Source: an uncultured Actinomycetes bacterium (GTDB lineage Bacteria; Actinomycetota; Thermoleophilia; Solirubrobacterales; Solirubrobacteraceae). Taken from it: a stretch of 64,000 bases of DNA. The stretch is from contig CAWGTK010000003.1 in the NCBI GenBank assembly GCA_963825485.1, positions 1,429 through 65,428 on the forward strand, given 5' to 3'. This document shows, one piece after another, positions 63,631 to 64,000 of the stretch. Positions within the stretch are counted from its first letter, which is position 1. Every line of letters starts with the position of its first letter. The translations under genes were made by a program, and so were the position numbers. Below the pieces are notes generated by a model. That model was not told the origin of the DNA, searched no databases, and saw nothing but the letters and a program-made list of their open reading frames with translations.

Positions 63631-64000
63631 TGGGTATCGTGGTCGACTCAGGTTTCTGGGCCGAGCCTTGGAAATGGGCCTTGCGGATACCGGCCCGCTG
63701 AGCTCCGACGGGCCTCTGGCGGGGGGCGCCGGCGGCCAGCGGACGCGGGTTCGAAGACGGTCAGAATCCTCGTGTCCGATCGCTTGCCCGAAAATCGTCG
63801 TGCAACGGGGGGACGAGCGTAAAGACAGCGGCAGCGGGGCGGGAAGGACGTCATGCGAACCCTCGACCCACGATCCAACTCCTGATCGAGCGTCTCGTGG
63901 ATCCAGCAGGGCGCCGATCGCGATCACAGGCAGCGATGGCTCTGCGTCGGGTGAATCAGTCCCGGTCGATACGGACGCTGACGAAGCCCAGCGCTGACGC

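Noticed and set aside
1-64000. rRNA, tRNA, tmRNA, transposase or integrase genes and CRISPR arrays
   Set aside because: None was recognisable by eye on either strand. I could not run tRNAscan or Infernal, so small RNAs cannot be excluded.

Overview
Coordinates are 1-based and include the stop codon. All calls come from reading the ORF translations and the raw sequence by eye; no search or computation was run.

The window is a very GC-rich, gene-dense stretch of actinobacterial-type chromosome. The protein repertoire (SPW-repeat, DUF4394, DUF3995, many NarL-type two-component systems, secreted GH-like paralogs) suggests a Thermoleophilia/Solirubrobacterales-like organism; this is inference only. 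I recognised no rRNA, tRNA, CRISPR array or transposase. Most very long Arg/Ala/Pro-rich ORFs in the track are shadow frames of real genes.

**Main result.** The minus-strand block from about 23.7 kb down to 0.2 kb is one co-directional run. Its core is a tightly coupled operon:
- an unlisted 30-aa ORF with a strong SD (14791-14883), followed by a stem-loop;
- a fused RRE/E1-like/YcaO cyclodehydratase (12343-14613);
- two ABC exporter-fold half-transporters;
- a siderophore-type ABC importer (binding lipoprotein, two FecCD permeases, ATPase).

MFS and MMPL transporters lie upstream, and a PepSY-TM protein plus copper-protein genes lie downstream. I read this as a candidate ribosomally made, azoline-containing peptide metallophore with its own export and re-import machinery.

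**Other notable items:**
- a c-di-AMP (ydaO-type) riboswitch ahead of an NlpC/P60 hydrolase, inside a cluster of three secreted clan GH-A-like paralogs;
- an island that looks lower in GC3, carrying a signal-less penicillin-acylase homolog, a 96-aa ORF and an ATP-grasp enzyme, all translationally coupled;
- a sigma-70 region-4-like HTH fused to an MMPL transporter;
- two genes whose only plausible start is a CTG overlapping the upstream TGA;
- several internally deleted or frameshifted genes (SCO-like, aminotransferase, SRPBCC, GH remnant, beta-propeller fragment, ImmA-like).

The right end (about 62.4-64 kb) and the stretches 34.8-35.4 kb, 39.0-39.7 kb, 43.6-44.5 kb and 45.4-46.0 kb could not be assigned confidently.
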